Notes: generated by a model from the letters alone, not told the origin. 64,000 bases of DNA from an uncultured Patescibacteria group bacterium (GCA_938030745.1 CALHIP010000007.1:13180-77179); one strand, 5' to 3'; shown: positions 38,795 to 47,903, counted from the first letter of the stretch. Numbers and translations are program-made.

Positions 38795-39487
38795 TTAATT
38801 TTCGGACCAACCTGTCTGCAGGAGGCAGGAATTGATCCAAAAAATAATTTAAGGAGCTCGACCTTTCTAAAATTGAATTTAAATTCTAACTCCTTAAGGT
38901 ATAAATAAAAGTTATTCTTTTTAATGCCGTGATATTTCATAAAATGTTCTTTGGCAAAAGTCCAGAAACTTTCTACTCTATTGATATGGGTCTAATGATT
39001 TTTGGGATGAATTAGATATTTTTATTTGTTAATTTTGCTGGCCAAAAAGTTTTAAATCATGATAGTTTCTGAATCTATCAGTATAGAAGATGCTTCCTTT
39101 TTCAGTTTTTTCTTTAAGCAATGTTTCTGATTTAACATTTGGAACAATGATGGTATAAATACGATTACTTCGCTCTAAAATGCCTAAAACAATGACCTTT
39201 TCAGCTGCGCCTTGACCACCGAAATAGGCTTCGTCAATTTCTCCTTTTAATTTTTCAAATTCCTGATCTAGAAATTCAACAATTTTTTCTCTGAACCTTT
39301 GATATCTTTGACTAACCGTATTGTAGCTCAAATTTAGAATTTTTGCTAACTGAAATCTCTAAAGGAAATATTTTAAAACTTCTAAATCTGTTTTAATTTT
39401 TCTGAGACTATACTTTTTCTGACATTTTTGCCATTTAATTCTCTTATCTTTAAGCCGGTAAAGATAGTTCTGACCACAAAAAAACAT
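38795..39487 (-). pseudogene. decayed IS1595-family (ISXO2-like) transposase gene with multiple frameshifts and stops; a remnant insertion sequence
   Basis: Three out-of-frame fragments were found. The first is an N-terminal zinc ribbon (MFFCGQNYLYRLKDKRIKWQKCQKKYSLRKIKTDL) with an SD (AGAGGAAG). The second is a middle DDE fragment (EIDEAYFGGQ...VLGILERSNRIYTIIVPNVKSETLLKEKTEKGSIFYTDRFRNY). The third is a C-terminal fragment (THINRVESFWTFAKEHFMKYHGIKKNNFYLYLKELEFKFN). Confidence 0.65.
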
Positions 39488-39717
39488 TTTCTTCCTCTTA
39501 AAATTTTGACAGCCAATTATATACCATAATTTTTCGCTTAAATACTACACTTTTAGTATATAGCTGGTCCAAATTTTAATTAGCTTATCAAATGGTTTTT
39601 ATAAGATTAATTGGAGGTTTACTTTAAAAATTTTTTCAAACTAATTAATGGATGTCAAATAAAGAAAATTTTTTTGATAAGACTTTTCTTAAATAATTAT
39701 TTTTGAAAGGATAAAAA

Positions 39718-39933
39718 TTAAAAACCAGAAAAAAGACGCCGAGCTAAAATAAAAGAGACTCCTCCCCATAAAAGGGATAAAATCAAAATCAATCTTCCTT
39801 CTTTTTTCAATTGGGGTTCTGATAAAAGAAACAATCCGAAAATCAATCCTGCTAATAAAGGATTAAGTAAGGTAATAAGAAGTCCAACAATAACTAATTT
39901 TTGTTTTGATTTCAAAACAATTCTTTCATCCAT
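39718..39933 (-). CDS. small two-helix membrane protein of 71 aa
   Basis: It has two hydrophobic segments (LVIVGLLITLLNPLLAGLIFGLFLL and LILILSLLWGGVSFILA). It lies downstream of rtcB. Confidence 0.35.
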   Translation of the reverse strand: MDERIVLKSKQKLVIVGLLITLLNPLLAGLIFGLFLLSEPQLKKEGRLILILSLLWGGVSFILARRLFSGF

Positions 39934-39948
39934 AAATAAATCAATGAT

Positions 39949-40227
39949 TTACTCGATTATCTTATAAACAATATCTCCTTCTTTGACTGGTTGATCTACT
40001 TTCAAACCAATTGATTGGCCTTTGCTTGCTTTTTCAACATTTTTGTGTTCAATCTGCATTGAAGAGACAGTTTGAGTAAATTCCTGACCATGACCAACAA
40101 TTTTGATTGTGTCTCCAACTTTAATTTCATCACTTAATTCAACAACTGCAACTGAAATTTTGTTGAAATAGTGAGTAATTTTTCCAATTTGAACTTCTGG
40201 CATAAATTTATATTTATTTTTATTCAC
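39949..40227 (-). CDS. standalone EF-Tu domain-2-like beta-barrel mini-protein of 92 aa; its start overlaps the rtcB stop
   Basis: GKITHYFNKISVAVVELSDEIKVGDTIKIVG ... QSIGLKVDQPVKEGDIVYK resembles the GTP_EFTU_D2 barrel of EF-Tu/IF2/SelB. It overlaps rtcB by 8 nt. Confidence 0.5.
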   Translation of the reverse strand: MNKNKYKFMPEVQIGKITHYFNKISVAVVELSDEIKVGDTIKIVGHGQEFTQTVSSMQIEHKNVEKASKGQSIGLKVDQPVKEGDIVYKIIE

Positions 40228-41662
40228 CTTTAATAACTGCTAAAGGTATAAGTTTAGCTACTTTTTTTGATAAACCTGCTTTATGAACAACATCAACAAC
40301 CTCATCAATATTTTTATATGCCTCTGGTGCTTCTTCAGCTAAGCCTTTTAATGACCAACATTTAACAATAATTCCTTTTGCTTGTAATTTTTTAATTATT
40401 TCCTGACCAGAGATTGATCGAATTGCTGCATGTCTAGACATTGTTCGACCAGCTCCATGGGTGGTAGAATAAAATGCTTCTTCTCCTTGGCTAGTTCCGA
40501 CTAAAACATATGAAGCAGTTCCCATTGAGCCAGGAATTAAAACTGGCTGGCCAACCTCCCGATATCTTTGAGGAATCTCTGGATGATGAGGAGGAAAGGC
40601 TCTGGTTGAACCCTTTCGATGCATTGCTACTTCTGTTTCTTTACCATCAATAATATATTTTTCTTTTTTAATAATATTGTGAGCGACATCGTATAATAAT
40701 TGCAAAGAACTTTTTTCACCAAAAATACTTTTCCAAGCCTTTCTAACAAAATAAGTAATCATTTGACGATTTGCCCAGGCATAATTTGCTGCCGAAGCTG
40801 AAGCAGATAAACCTCTTTGACCTTCATTAGAATTAAAGGGTACACAGGCAAACTCTCGATCAGGAACTCTTATTTTATATTTCTCCATCAATCTCATAAA
40901 TTCATTTATATAATCAGTTGCTACTTGATGACCAAGTCCACGACTACCACAATGAATCATTATAACAATTTGATCTTTGAATAACCCAAAAACTTGAGCT
41001 ACTTCTTCATTAAAAATTTCTTCTACTTTTTGAATTTCAAGAAAATGATTTCCTGAACCAAGTGTTCCTACTTGATCGCGACCTCTATTTTTCGCTTTAA
41101 TTGAAACAAAAGAAGCATCAGCCCATTCTAATCTACCATTTGCCTCACAGTTTTCGACATCCTCTTTTTCACCATAACCTTTCTCAACTAAATATCTTGC
41201 TCCACCTTCCAAAATTTTATCAATCTGTTCAATTGAGAGTTTAATTTGCCTACCTCTTCCTAATCCAGATGGAACTTCCTTTTGAATCTCAGTTGCTAAT
41301 TTTTCTAAATAAGGTTTTGTTTCCTTTTCAGAATATTCTGAAAGGAGTAATCTTACTCCACAATTTATATCATAACCTTGCATTCCCGGAGAAATTATTC
41401 CGTCAGAAATCCTTATCGCTGCTACTCCACCAATTGGACTGGAATAACCTTCATGACAATCTGGCATGGCGATTCCGTATTTTTGGATTCCTGGTAAAGT
41501 ACAGAGATTTATTAATTGATAAAGTGATTTATCCCTGAAAACATCTTCTAACATTTTCTCTGAAACATAAATTCTTGCTGGCACTCGCATGTCAGCTCGA
41601 AAGCTTTTAGGGATTTCCCATAAATAATCATTAATTTTTTTAAAATCTTTTTTAGAGATCAT
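40220..41662 (-). CDS. rtcB: RNA-splicing ligase RtcB (3'-phosphate / 5'-hydroxyl RNA ligase)
   Basis: Motifs are MPDCHEGYSSPIGGV, HNAGR-type motifs (HGAGRTMSR), and the metal-binding histidines characteristic of RtcB. Confidence 0.9.
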   Translation of the reverse strand: MISKKDFKKINDYLWEIPKSFRADMRVPARIYVSEKMLEDVFRDKSLYQLINLCTLPGIQKYGIAMPDCHEGYSSPIGGVAAIRISDGIISPGMQGYDINCGVRLLLSEYSEKETKPYLEKLATEIQKEVPSGLGRGRQIKLSIEQIDKILEGGARYLVEKGYGEKEDVENCEANGRLEWADASFVSIKAKNRGRDQVGTLGSGNHFLEIQKVEEIFNEEVAQVFGLFKDQIVIMIHCGSRGLGHQVATDYINEFMRLMEKYKIRVPDREFACVPFNSNEGQRGLSASASAANYAWANRQMITYFVRKAWKSIFGEKSSLQLLYDVAHNIIKKEKYIIDGKETEVAMHRKGSTRAFPPHHPEIPQRYREVGQPVLIPGSMGTASYVLVGTSQGEEAFYSTTHGAGRTMSRHAAIRSISGQEIIKKLQAKGIIVKCWSLKGLAEEAPEAYKNIDEVVDVVHKAGLSKKVAKLIPLAVIKGE

Positions 41663-42075
41663 ACATCGAAAACAACAATAAGAATAAATTTATCCTTTTC
41701 CTTTTTAAAAGAAAATTCATACCAGGTTACTCCTTTAATTTCCGTTGTAAATCTTTTAACTTTTTGACCGAAAATTTCTCCTTCTAATTTTTTCTCCGTA
41801 GATTTTTTTATTTTTACTTTTTCATAAAATGAATCATTTAAATCCATTTGATAAACTAATTCAGCTAAAAAATTGAAAATTAAATTTTCAAAATTTTCTC
41901 CTTCAATTTTAAAAGGTGTAACAATTTCTTCTTTTAAAAGTTCTGGTCGAGTTCCTTCTTTGATTGCTAACAAAATATTATTTAAAATTTCTTCTAAATT
42001 TTTACCCCAAACTTTAATTTTAAGATCAGCTGGGTGTTCTAAAATCTCATAATTTTTTGAGGCCAAGTTTTTCAT
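41659..42075 (-). CDS. archease (RtcB activator / chaperone)
   Basis: The N-terminal motif is YEILEHPADLKIKVWG (consensus YE.LEHTAD). It is about 138 aa. It lies immediately upstream of rtcB and overlaps it by 4 nt. Confidence 0.75.
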   Translation of the reverse strand: MKNLASKNYEILEHPADLKIKVWGKNLEEILNNILLAIKEGTRPELLKEEIVTPFKIEGENFENLIFNFLAELVYQMDLNDSFYEKVKIKKSTEKKLEGEIFGQKVKRFTTEIKGVTWYEFSFKKEKDKFILIVVFDV

Positions 42076-42190
42076 AAAGTTCTTTAATTAATTTTTTTTG
42101 TTCTGCTAAATCTAAAACTTCTCGACGGATTCGAGCTTTTTCTTGACGAATAAATTTCCGTAAACTTTTTGGCAATCTTTTTTTTCCCAT
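42047..42190 (-). CDS. possible leaderless small basic ORF of 47 aa, overlapping the archease start in another frame
   Basis: The sequence is MGKKRLPKSLRKFIRQEKARIRREVLDLAEQKKLIKELYEKLGLKKL. The ATG lies 6 nt downstream of a TGGTATAAT extended -10. It is not in the ORF track and could be non-coding 5' UTR. Confidence 0.25.
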   Translation of the reverse strand: MGKKRLPKSLRKFIRQEKARIRREVLDLAEQKKLIKELYEKLGLKKL

Positions 42191-42196
42191 TTTTAA

Positions 42197-42246
42197 ATTA
42201 TACCAAAATTATTTTTCTTGGCAAGATTAATTAAATTTGTTATAAT
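42197..42246. promoter_or_regulatory. back-to-back divergent promoters sharing a palindromic -35 (TTGGCA/TGCCAA)
   Basis: On the plus strand, TTGGCA (42218-23), N17, TATAAT (42241-46) drives ychF. On the minus strand, TTGCCA (42224-19), N16, TGGTATAAT (42202-42197) drives the archease operon. Confidence 0.5.
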
Positions 42247-42266
42247 AATTTTTGATTTCTAATTTT

Positions 42267-43328
42267 ATGGGTTTTTCGGTTGGTATTGTTGGTTTACCAA
42301 ATGTTGGTAAGTCAACATTATTTAAAGCTTTAACAAAAAAGCAAGTTGAGATCGCCAATTATCCCTTTACTACAATTAAAGAAAATGTTGGAGTAGTAAA
42401 AGTTCCTGATGAAAGATTAGATAAATTGGCTGAAGTTTTAAAACCAAAAGAAGTTATTCCAACTCATATTGAATTTTTTGATATTGCTGGGTTAGTTAAA
42501 GGTGCTCATAAAGGTGAGGGATTGGGTAATCAATTTTTAGCAAAAATTAGAGAAACTGACTTGATTTGTCATTTAATTAGAAATTTCGAAGCAAAAAATG
42601 TTCCTCATCCAGCCGGAGAAATAAATCCTAAACGAGATTTAGAAATTGTCAATTTAGAATTAATTATGGCTGATCTATCAACTTTAGAAAAAAGATTAGA
42701 AAAAGTAAGAAAAGAAGCAAAAAGAGGAGATAAAAAAGCAATTAAGAATTTAACAATTTTAGAGAAAATAAAAGATGGTTTAGAAAAAGGTTTTTCTGTT
42801 CGTGACTTAAATTTAACTGAGGAAGAAAAAATAGAAATTAAAGATCTCAATCTTTTAACAATCAAGCCTGTCATTTATGTTTTAAATATCTCAGAAGAAG
42901 ATATAGGTGAGACAATTTCTGGGATTGGCGAAGCAATTCCAATTTGTGCTAAATTAGAAGCAGAATTATCAGAACTTAGTCCAGAAGAGGAAAAAGAATA
43001 TTTAGCTAGTTATGGTTTAAAAAAATCTCAACTTGATGATTTAATTGTTGCTGCTTACAAAACTTTAAATTTAATTACTTTTTTTACTTGCCAAAATGAA
43101 ATATTACAGGCCTGGACAGTTAAAAAAGGAGAAAAAGTGCCAGCAGCTGGTGGAAAAATTCATACTGATTTTGAAAAAGGATTTATTAAGGCTGAGGTTA
43201 TTAATTGGGAAGATTTAGTTAAAGTTGGGTCAGAATATTTAGCTCGAGAAAAAGGTTTGCTAAGAATTGAAGGAAAAGAATATGAAGTAAAAGATGGCGA
43301 TGTTATCCACTTCTACTTTAAAAGGTGA
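42267..43328 (+). CDS. ychF: ribosome-binding ATPase YchF (Obg-like GTPase family) with a C-terminal TGS domain
   Basis: The N-terminus is MGFSVGIVGLPNVGKSTLFKALT. It has the G-motifs and a TGS domain at the C-terminus. Confidence 0.9.
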   Translation: MGFSVGIVGLPNVGKSTLFKALTKKQVEIANYPFTTIKENVGVVKVPDERLDKLAEVLKPKEVIPTHIEFFDIAGLVKGAHKGEGLGNQFLAKIRETDLICHLIRNFEAKNVPHPAGEINPKRDLEIVNLELIMADLSTLEKRLEKVRKEAKRGDKKAIKNLTILEKIKDGLEKGFSVRDLNLTEEEKIEIKDLNLLTIKPVIYVLNISEEDIGETISGIGEAIPICAKLEAELSELSPEEEKEYLASYGLKKSQLDDLIVAAYKTLNLITFFTCQNEILQAWTVKKGEKVPAAGGKIHTDFEKGFIKAEVINWEDLVKVGSEYLAREKGLLRIEGKEYEVKDGDVIHFYFKR

Positions 43329-43404
43329 CAGTCACCGAAAAGAGGGGAAAGATAAGCTAGATAAATTCTATTAAATAAGGCGAAAAATTAAATTTGGCAA
43401 AATT

Positions 43405-44028
43405 TTAATCATTTTTCAGCAGATCTTTAATTACTTCCCAACTAAAACCTCGATTAGCTAAAAAACGAGCTATTTTTTGTTTTTGTAAAAATACTCCATT
43501 TGATGACTGAGATTCTTTTTTTAAAAGCTTCATTTTTTTTCTAATAAGTTGACGAGCAATTTCAATTTCATCTTTTTTTGAATATTTCTCCAAAGTTTTT
43601 TTAATAATCTCTTCAGCGATACCTTTTCGCTTTAATTCTTTCATAATGGAATATTTACCTCTTCCTGAAAGCTTTTTTGCTTCAAGCCAACTTTCAGCAA
43701 ATTTTTTATCATCAAGATAATTTAACTCTTTTAATCTTTTTAAAGTTTTTTTGATAATTCTTTGATCAAATTCCTTTTCTTTAAGTTTTTCTTCTAATTC
43801 TTTTTTACTTCGCGGTCTAATTCCTAACCAACGAAATGATTTTTCTAAAGCTTTTATTTGCTGATCCTTTTCTATAATCTTATTAATTTCTTTTTTTCCT
43901 AGAATTTTTCCTTTATATAAGTTAAAATCAGCTAAAATTTTCTTTGAGATACCGAAAGCAAATTTACCATCAATAAAAATATTGACTCTTGAACTTCTTT
44001 TCTGTTGAGTAATTTTAGTAATTTTCAT
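43405..44028 (-). CDS. recX: RecX-family regulatory protein
   Basis: N-terminal block: VNIFIDGKFAFGISKKILADFNLYKGKIL. Alpha-helical repeats follow. It has the size expected of RecX. Confidence 0.65.
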   Translation of the reverse strand: MKITKITQQKRSSRVNIFIDGKFAFGISKKILADFNLYKGKILGKKEINKIIEKDQQIKALEKSFRWLGIRPRSKKELEEKLKEKEFDQRIIKKTLKRLKELNYLDDKKFAESWLEAKKLSGRGKYSIMKELKRKGIAEEIIKKTLEKYSKKDEIEIARQLIRKKMKLLKKESQSSNGVFLQKQKIARFLANRGFSWEVIKDLLKND

Positions 44029-45275
44029 ATTAATTTTGCTTTGAAAATAAGAATTTCTCTTAAAACTTTTTGATCTGGCCGACTATAAATAATTGAATTG
44101 CGATCAGTTAATCTAATGACAGGACTTTTTTCTAATTTTTTTGGAAAAGGATTAACAATTTGCCAACCCATTTTTTTTAATTCATCTAAAATCGGTAAAA
44201 AATGTAATTGATTCTCTATCTTAAAAACTGGAAAAATAATAACAATTTTTCCTTTCGGTTTTAGTATTTTCTTAAACTCTTTAAATGCTTCAAGATAAAG
44301 ATTTGATAATTCATTAATTAAATTCAAAATTCGAGATTTAAGAGTAAAAATTTTGGTTGGTCCAAGATATGGTTCAGTGACAATAGCATCAATCGATTTG
44401 AACGGTATTTTTTGCGACAAATTCCTGACGTCGGACTGAAATACTTTTAAATTTTTAATTATATTTTTTATTTTTTGTTTTTTATCTTTTATCTTAGTTG
44501 CTAACCATTCTAAATTTTTTTTAGTATTATTAACAGCCTCTTGACTAATATCAGAGCCAATAATTTTTTGATAGCCAATTAAAATTGCTTCTTGTAATAT
44601 TGTTCCTGAACCACAGAAAGGATCTAAAATTAAACCATTTTCTGGGACTTTTCCTAAATTGATCATTATTTTTGCTAATTTTGGTGGAATCAATCCTTTC
44701 TTTATTTTTCTGATTGGCCGACCATAATCTTGCCATTGATACTCTTCAAATTCTTGACAAGTTAATGTTTTTCCTATCAAAATAGATTGATCATTTAAAA
44801 AAAGACAAAATTCTGCACCCTCTCTTAATAATTTATTTTTCTGGACAATAACCGAAGAAAGCTTTAATTCTTTTGATTCCACCCAACGTGAAGAAATCCC
44901 TTTTTCTTTTAGTTTCTTTTTTATTTTTAAAGCTAAATTTTTAATTTTAAATTTTAAATTGTCGATTTTTGATTTCTCATCAATTCGATATAAACTAAAT
45001 CCAAAAAATACTTTATTTCTTCTTTTCAATTCATTTAAAAATAGATCTATCTTAAGTGATTCTAAATCTGGAGAAGCTTGTATAATATAGCCAATTTTAA
45101 TTGTTCCTCCTAATCTTTTTTGTAAATCATAAACATTTAATTTCTCTTTTGTTTCTAAAATTAAAACCTCATAAGAAAGATGAGAAATTTTTACTGATTT
45201 GTTAATCGGTTTAACATTTATAATTTCCGCTATCGATAAAGTCTGATTATGACCTAAAATGAAAAAATATTTCAT
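44025..45275 (-). CDS. putative RNA (guanine-N2 / N6-adenine class) methyltransferase, Trm11/RlmL-like
   Basis: Motif I is ILDPFCGSGTILQEA. Motif IV resembles VTEPYLG. There is an N-terminal putative RNA-binding region. Confidence 0.5.
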   Translation of the reverse strand: MKYFFILGHNQTLSIAEIINVKPINKSVKISHLSYEVLILETKEKLNVYDLQKRLGGTIKIGYIIQASPDLESLKIDLFLNELKRRNKVFFGFSLYRIDEKSKIDNLKFKIKNLALKIKKKLKEKGISSRWVESKELKLSSVIVQKNKLLREGAEFCLFLNDQSILIGKTLTCQEFEEYQWQDYGRPIRKIKKGLIPPKLAKIMINLGKVPENGLILDPFCGSGTILQEAILIGYQKIIGSDISQEAVNNTKKNLEWLATKIKDKKQKIKNIIKNLKVFQSDVRNLSQKIPFKSIDAIVTEPYLGPTKIFTLKSRILNLINELSNLYLEAFKEFKKILKPKGKIVIIFPVFKIENQLHFLPILDELKKMGWQIVNPFPKKLEKSPVIRLTDRNSIIYSRPDQKVLREILIFKAKLI

Positions 45276-45372
45276 AGAAAAGTATTGACAAAGATAGATT
45301 TGAATTTAAAATATTATAACATTTTAGCATTAAATTAGATTTGTTAAAGTTTTTAAAATTGATAAAATAAAT

Positions 45373-45657
45373 ATGAAGAACTACGAACTCCTTTCTCTTA
45401 TTTCCTCAAAAATTGATGAAAAACAACTTCCTTTAATTGGAGAAAAGATTGAAGGAATAATTAAAGATTTAAAAGGTAATTTAATCAATAAAGAAAATCT
45501 TGGTAAAAAAGAAATTGCTTATCCGATTAAACATGAAAATAAAGGTTATTTTTTAGCTTTTCGCTTTACACTTGAACCAAAAGAAGTAAAAAAATTAGAA
45601 GAGAAGTTAAAAAATATTTCAGAAATTTTAAGATTCCAAATTATTAAAAAAATATGA
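45373..45657 (+). CDS. rpsF: 30S ribosomal protein S6 (bS6)
   Basis: The sequence is MKNYELLSLISSKIDEKQ...IAYPIKHENKGYFLAFRF. A TTGACA-N16-TAAAAT promoter lies upstream. Confidence 0.85.
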   Translation: MKNYELLSLISSKIDEKQLPLIGEKIEGIIKDLKGNLINKENLGKKEIAYPIKHENKGYFLAFRFTLEPKEVKKLEEKLKNISEILRFQIIKKI

Positions 45658-46061
45658 ATGTCAACAAAGCAATTATTGTTGGAAGATTAACAAGGAACCC
45701 TGAGTCAAGGACAACTCCCGATGGTCAGACTGTTTGCTCATTTACTGTAGCAACAACTCGAGCTTGGAAAGATGCATCAGGAGTGAGGCAAGAAAAAACA
45801 GAATATCATAACATTGTTACTTGGGGAAAATTAGCTGAACTCTGCCAAACTTATCTTATCAAAGGTCAAATGGTTTTTGTTGAAGGTAGAATTGAAACCC
45901 GTTCTTGGGAAGCACCAGATGGAACAAAAAGGACAAGGACAGAAATCATCGCTGAAGATTTGCAATTTGGTCCAAAACCGAAAGGATTGGTAGTTGAAGA
46001 AATACCAGAAGAAGAAACTCCACCAGAAGAAGAAATAAATGTTGAAGAGATTCCATTTTAA
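45654..46061 (+). CDS. ssb: single-stranded DNA-binding protein
   Basis: An OB-fold ([19 protein letters not shown]...[11 protein letters not shown]) and an acidic C-terminal tail ending IPF are present. Confidence 0.9.
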   Translation: MNVNKAIIVGRLTRNPESRTTPDGQTVCSFTVATTRAWKDASGVRQEKTEYHNIVTWGKLAELCQTYLIKGQMVFVEGRIETRSWEAPDGTKRTRTEIIAEDLQFGPKPKGLVVEEIPEEETPPEEEINVEEIPF

Positions 46062-46069
46062 ATAAAAAT

Positions 46070-46273
46070 ATGAAAAAACAATGTTATTTTTGTTCCCATC
46101 ACCTTAAAGAAATTGATGAGAAAAATACCGAATTACTTAATCGTTTTATTTCTTTTACAGGAAAAATCTTGCCAAAAAAAAGGACAGGCACTTGTGCTAA
46201 ACATCAAAGAAAATTAACCAAAGCTATAAAAAGAGCAAGAATAATGGGATTATTGCCATTTGTTAAAGAATAG
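46070..46273 (+). CDS. rpsR: 30S ribosomal protein S18 (bS18)
   Basis: [53 protein letters not shown]. Confidence 0.9.
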   Translation: MKKQCYFCSHHLKEIDEKNTELLNRFISFTGKILPKKRTGTCAKHQRKLTKAIKRARIMGLLPFVKE

Positions 46274-46275
46274 TT

Positions 46276-46842
46276 ATGGATATTAATGATTTAAAAAAAC
46301 AAGGGATTATTATTAAATTAAATAATGAGCCACATCTTGTGGTAAAATCCCAACATGCTCGAACTGCTCAGAGAAGAGCTTTTGTTAGAACAACCCTGAA
46401 AAATCTAATCTCTGGCAAAACAATTGAGAAAACATTTAATGCTGGAGATAAAATTGAAGAAGCTGAAGTAAAAAAAGTCAAAGCAAATTTTCTTTATCAG
46501 AAAGGAGAAAATTTCTATTTCATGAATTTAGAAAATTTTGAAGAAATTTTTTTATCTGAAGAACAGATATTTGATAAAAAAGGTTTTTTAAAAGAAGGAA
46601 TGGAGGTTTTGATTCTTTATTTTGAAGAAAAACCAATTACTTTAGAATTGCCACCAAAGATTAGATTAAAAGTTATTGAAGCACCGCCAGCCGTCAGAGG
46701 TGATACAAGCCAAGGAACAGTGACAAAGATAGCAACTTTAGAAACAGGATTGAAAATAGAAGTTCCTTTTTTTATTGAAGTTGGTGATGAGATTATTATT
46801 AATACAGAAGATGGAAAATATGTTGAAAGAGCCAAAAAATAA
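46276..46842 (+). CDS. efp: elongation factor P
   Basis: It has the EF-P KOW/OB architecture (VVKSQHARTAQRRAFVRTTLKNLISGK). Confidence 0.9.
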   Translation: MDINDLKKQGIIIKLNNEPHLVVKSQHARTAQRRAFVRTTLKNLISGKTIEKTFNAGDKIEEAEVKKVKANFLYQKGENFYFMNLENFEEIFLSEEQIFDKKGFLKEGMEVLILYFEEKPITLELPPKIRLKVIEAPPAVRGDTSQGTVTKIATLETGLKIEVPFFIEVGDEIIINTEDGKYVERAKK

Positions 46843-46853
46843 ATTTTAATTAT

Positions 46854-47900
46854 ATGATCGATATCAAAGAAATTTTTAAAGAAGCAATCGAATTAAAAGC
46901 TTCTGATGTTCATTTAATTGTTGGTCAATCTCCAATTTTTAGAATAAGTACTCAATTAAAACCAATTGAAAAATGGCAAATCTTAACTAAAAAAGATATA
47001 GAAAATGTCATAAAAGAAATTACTTCAGAAGAACAAAGGAAGACATTTAGTGAGAAAAAGGAATTAGATTTTTCTTATGATTTAGAAAAATTAGTTCGAG
47101 CAAGAATCTCGCTTTTTGTAGAAAGAGGAAATCCATCTTTGGCTGCTCGAATTATTCCGTCACAGATTCCAACGATGGAAGAAATTATGATGCCGAAAGT
47201 TGCTTATGAATTAGCAAGAGGTTATCGAGGATTAGTAATTGTTACCGGTCCAGCTGGTTCTGGTAAATCAACTTCTTTAGCAGCAATGATTAATCTAATT
47301 AATCATGAAAGAAATTGCCGAATTATTACTTTGGAGGATCCGATTGAATATATCTTTCCTTCAATAAAAAGTTTTATTGTTCAAAGAGAATTGGGAAGAG
47401 ATATGGTTTCCTTCCAAGAAGGTTTAAAACATATTGTTCGTCAAGATCCGAATGTCATTATGGTTGGTGAAATGAGAGATTTAGAAACAATGGCTTTAGC
47501 TGTAACTTTGGCTGAAACAGGTCATTTGGTTCTAACTACTTTACATACACCCGATGCGACTCAAGCTATCACTAGAATAATTGATGTTTTTCCACCTCAT
47601 CAACAGACTCAAATCAGGGTTCAACTTTCTATCTCTTTAAGAGGAGTTATTGCCCAAAAACTTTTACCAAGAAAAGACAAAGGATTGATTGCTGTTCGAG
47701 AAGTTTTAGTTAATACGCCAGCTATTGCTCATTTAATCAGAGAAAACAAAATTGCTCAAATTAGAACAGCTATTCAAACTGGTGCTGAGGTAGGAATGTT
47801 TACAATGGATCAAGATCTTAAAAGACTTTACAAAGAAGGTTATATTAGTAAAGAAGTTGCTCGTCTTCACATGCTTAACCCTTCTGAACTTGACACATAA
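46854..47900 (+). CDS. pilT: type IV pilus retraction ATPase PilT
   Basis: The Walker A is GPAGSGKSTSL. PilT blocks are VVGEMRD and LVLTTLHT. Confidence 0.85.
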   Translation: MIDIKEIFKEAIELKASDVHLIVGQSPIFRISTQLKPIEKWQILTKKDIENVIKEITSEEQRKTFSEKKELDFSYDLEKLVRARISLFVERGNPSLAARIIPSQIPTMEEIMMPKVAYELARGYRGLVIVTGPAGSGKSTSLAAMINLINHERNCRIITLEDPIEYIFPSIKSFIVQRELGRDMVSFQEGLKHIVRQDPNVIMVGEMRDLETMALAVTLAETGHLVLTTLHTPDATQAITRIIDVFPPHQQTQIRVQLSISLRGVIAQKLLPRKDKGLIAVREVLVNTPAIAHLIRENKIAQIRTAIQTGAEVGMFTMDQDLKRLYKEGYISKEVARLHMLNPSELDT

Positions 47901-47903
47901 AGT

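Noticed and set aside
42047-42190. Ribosomal protein S21 identity for the 47-aa basic ORF
   Set aside because: Only a vague similarity in basic residue spacing was found. S21 hallmark segments are not matched.
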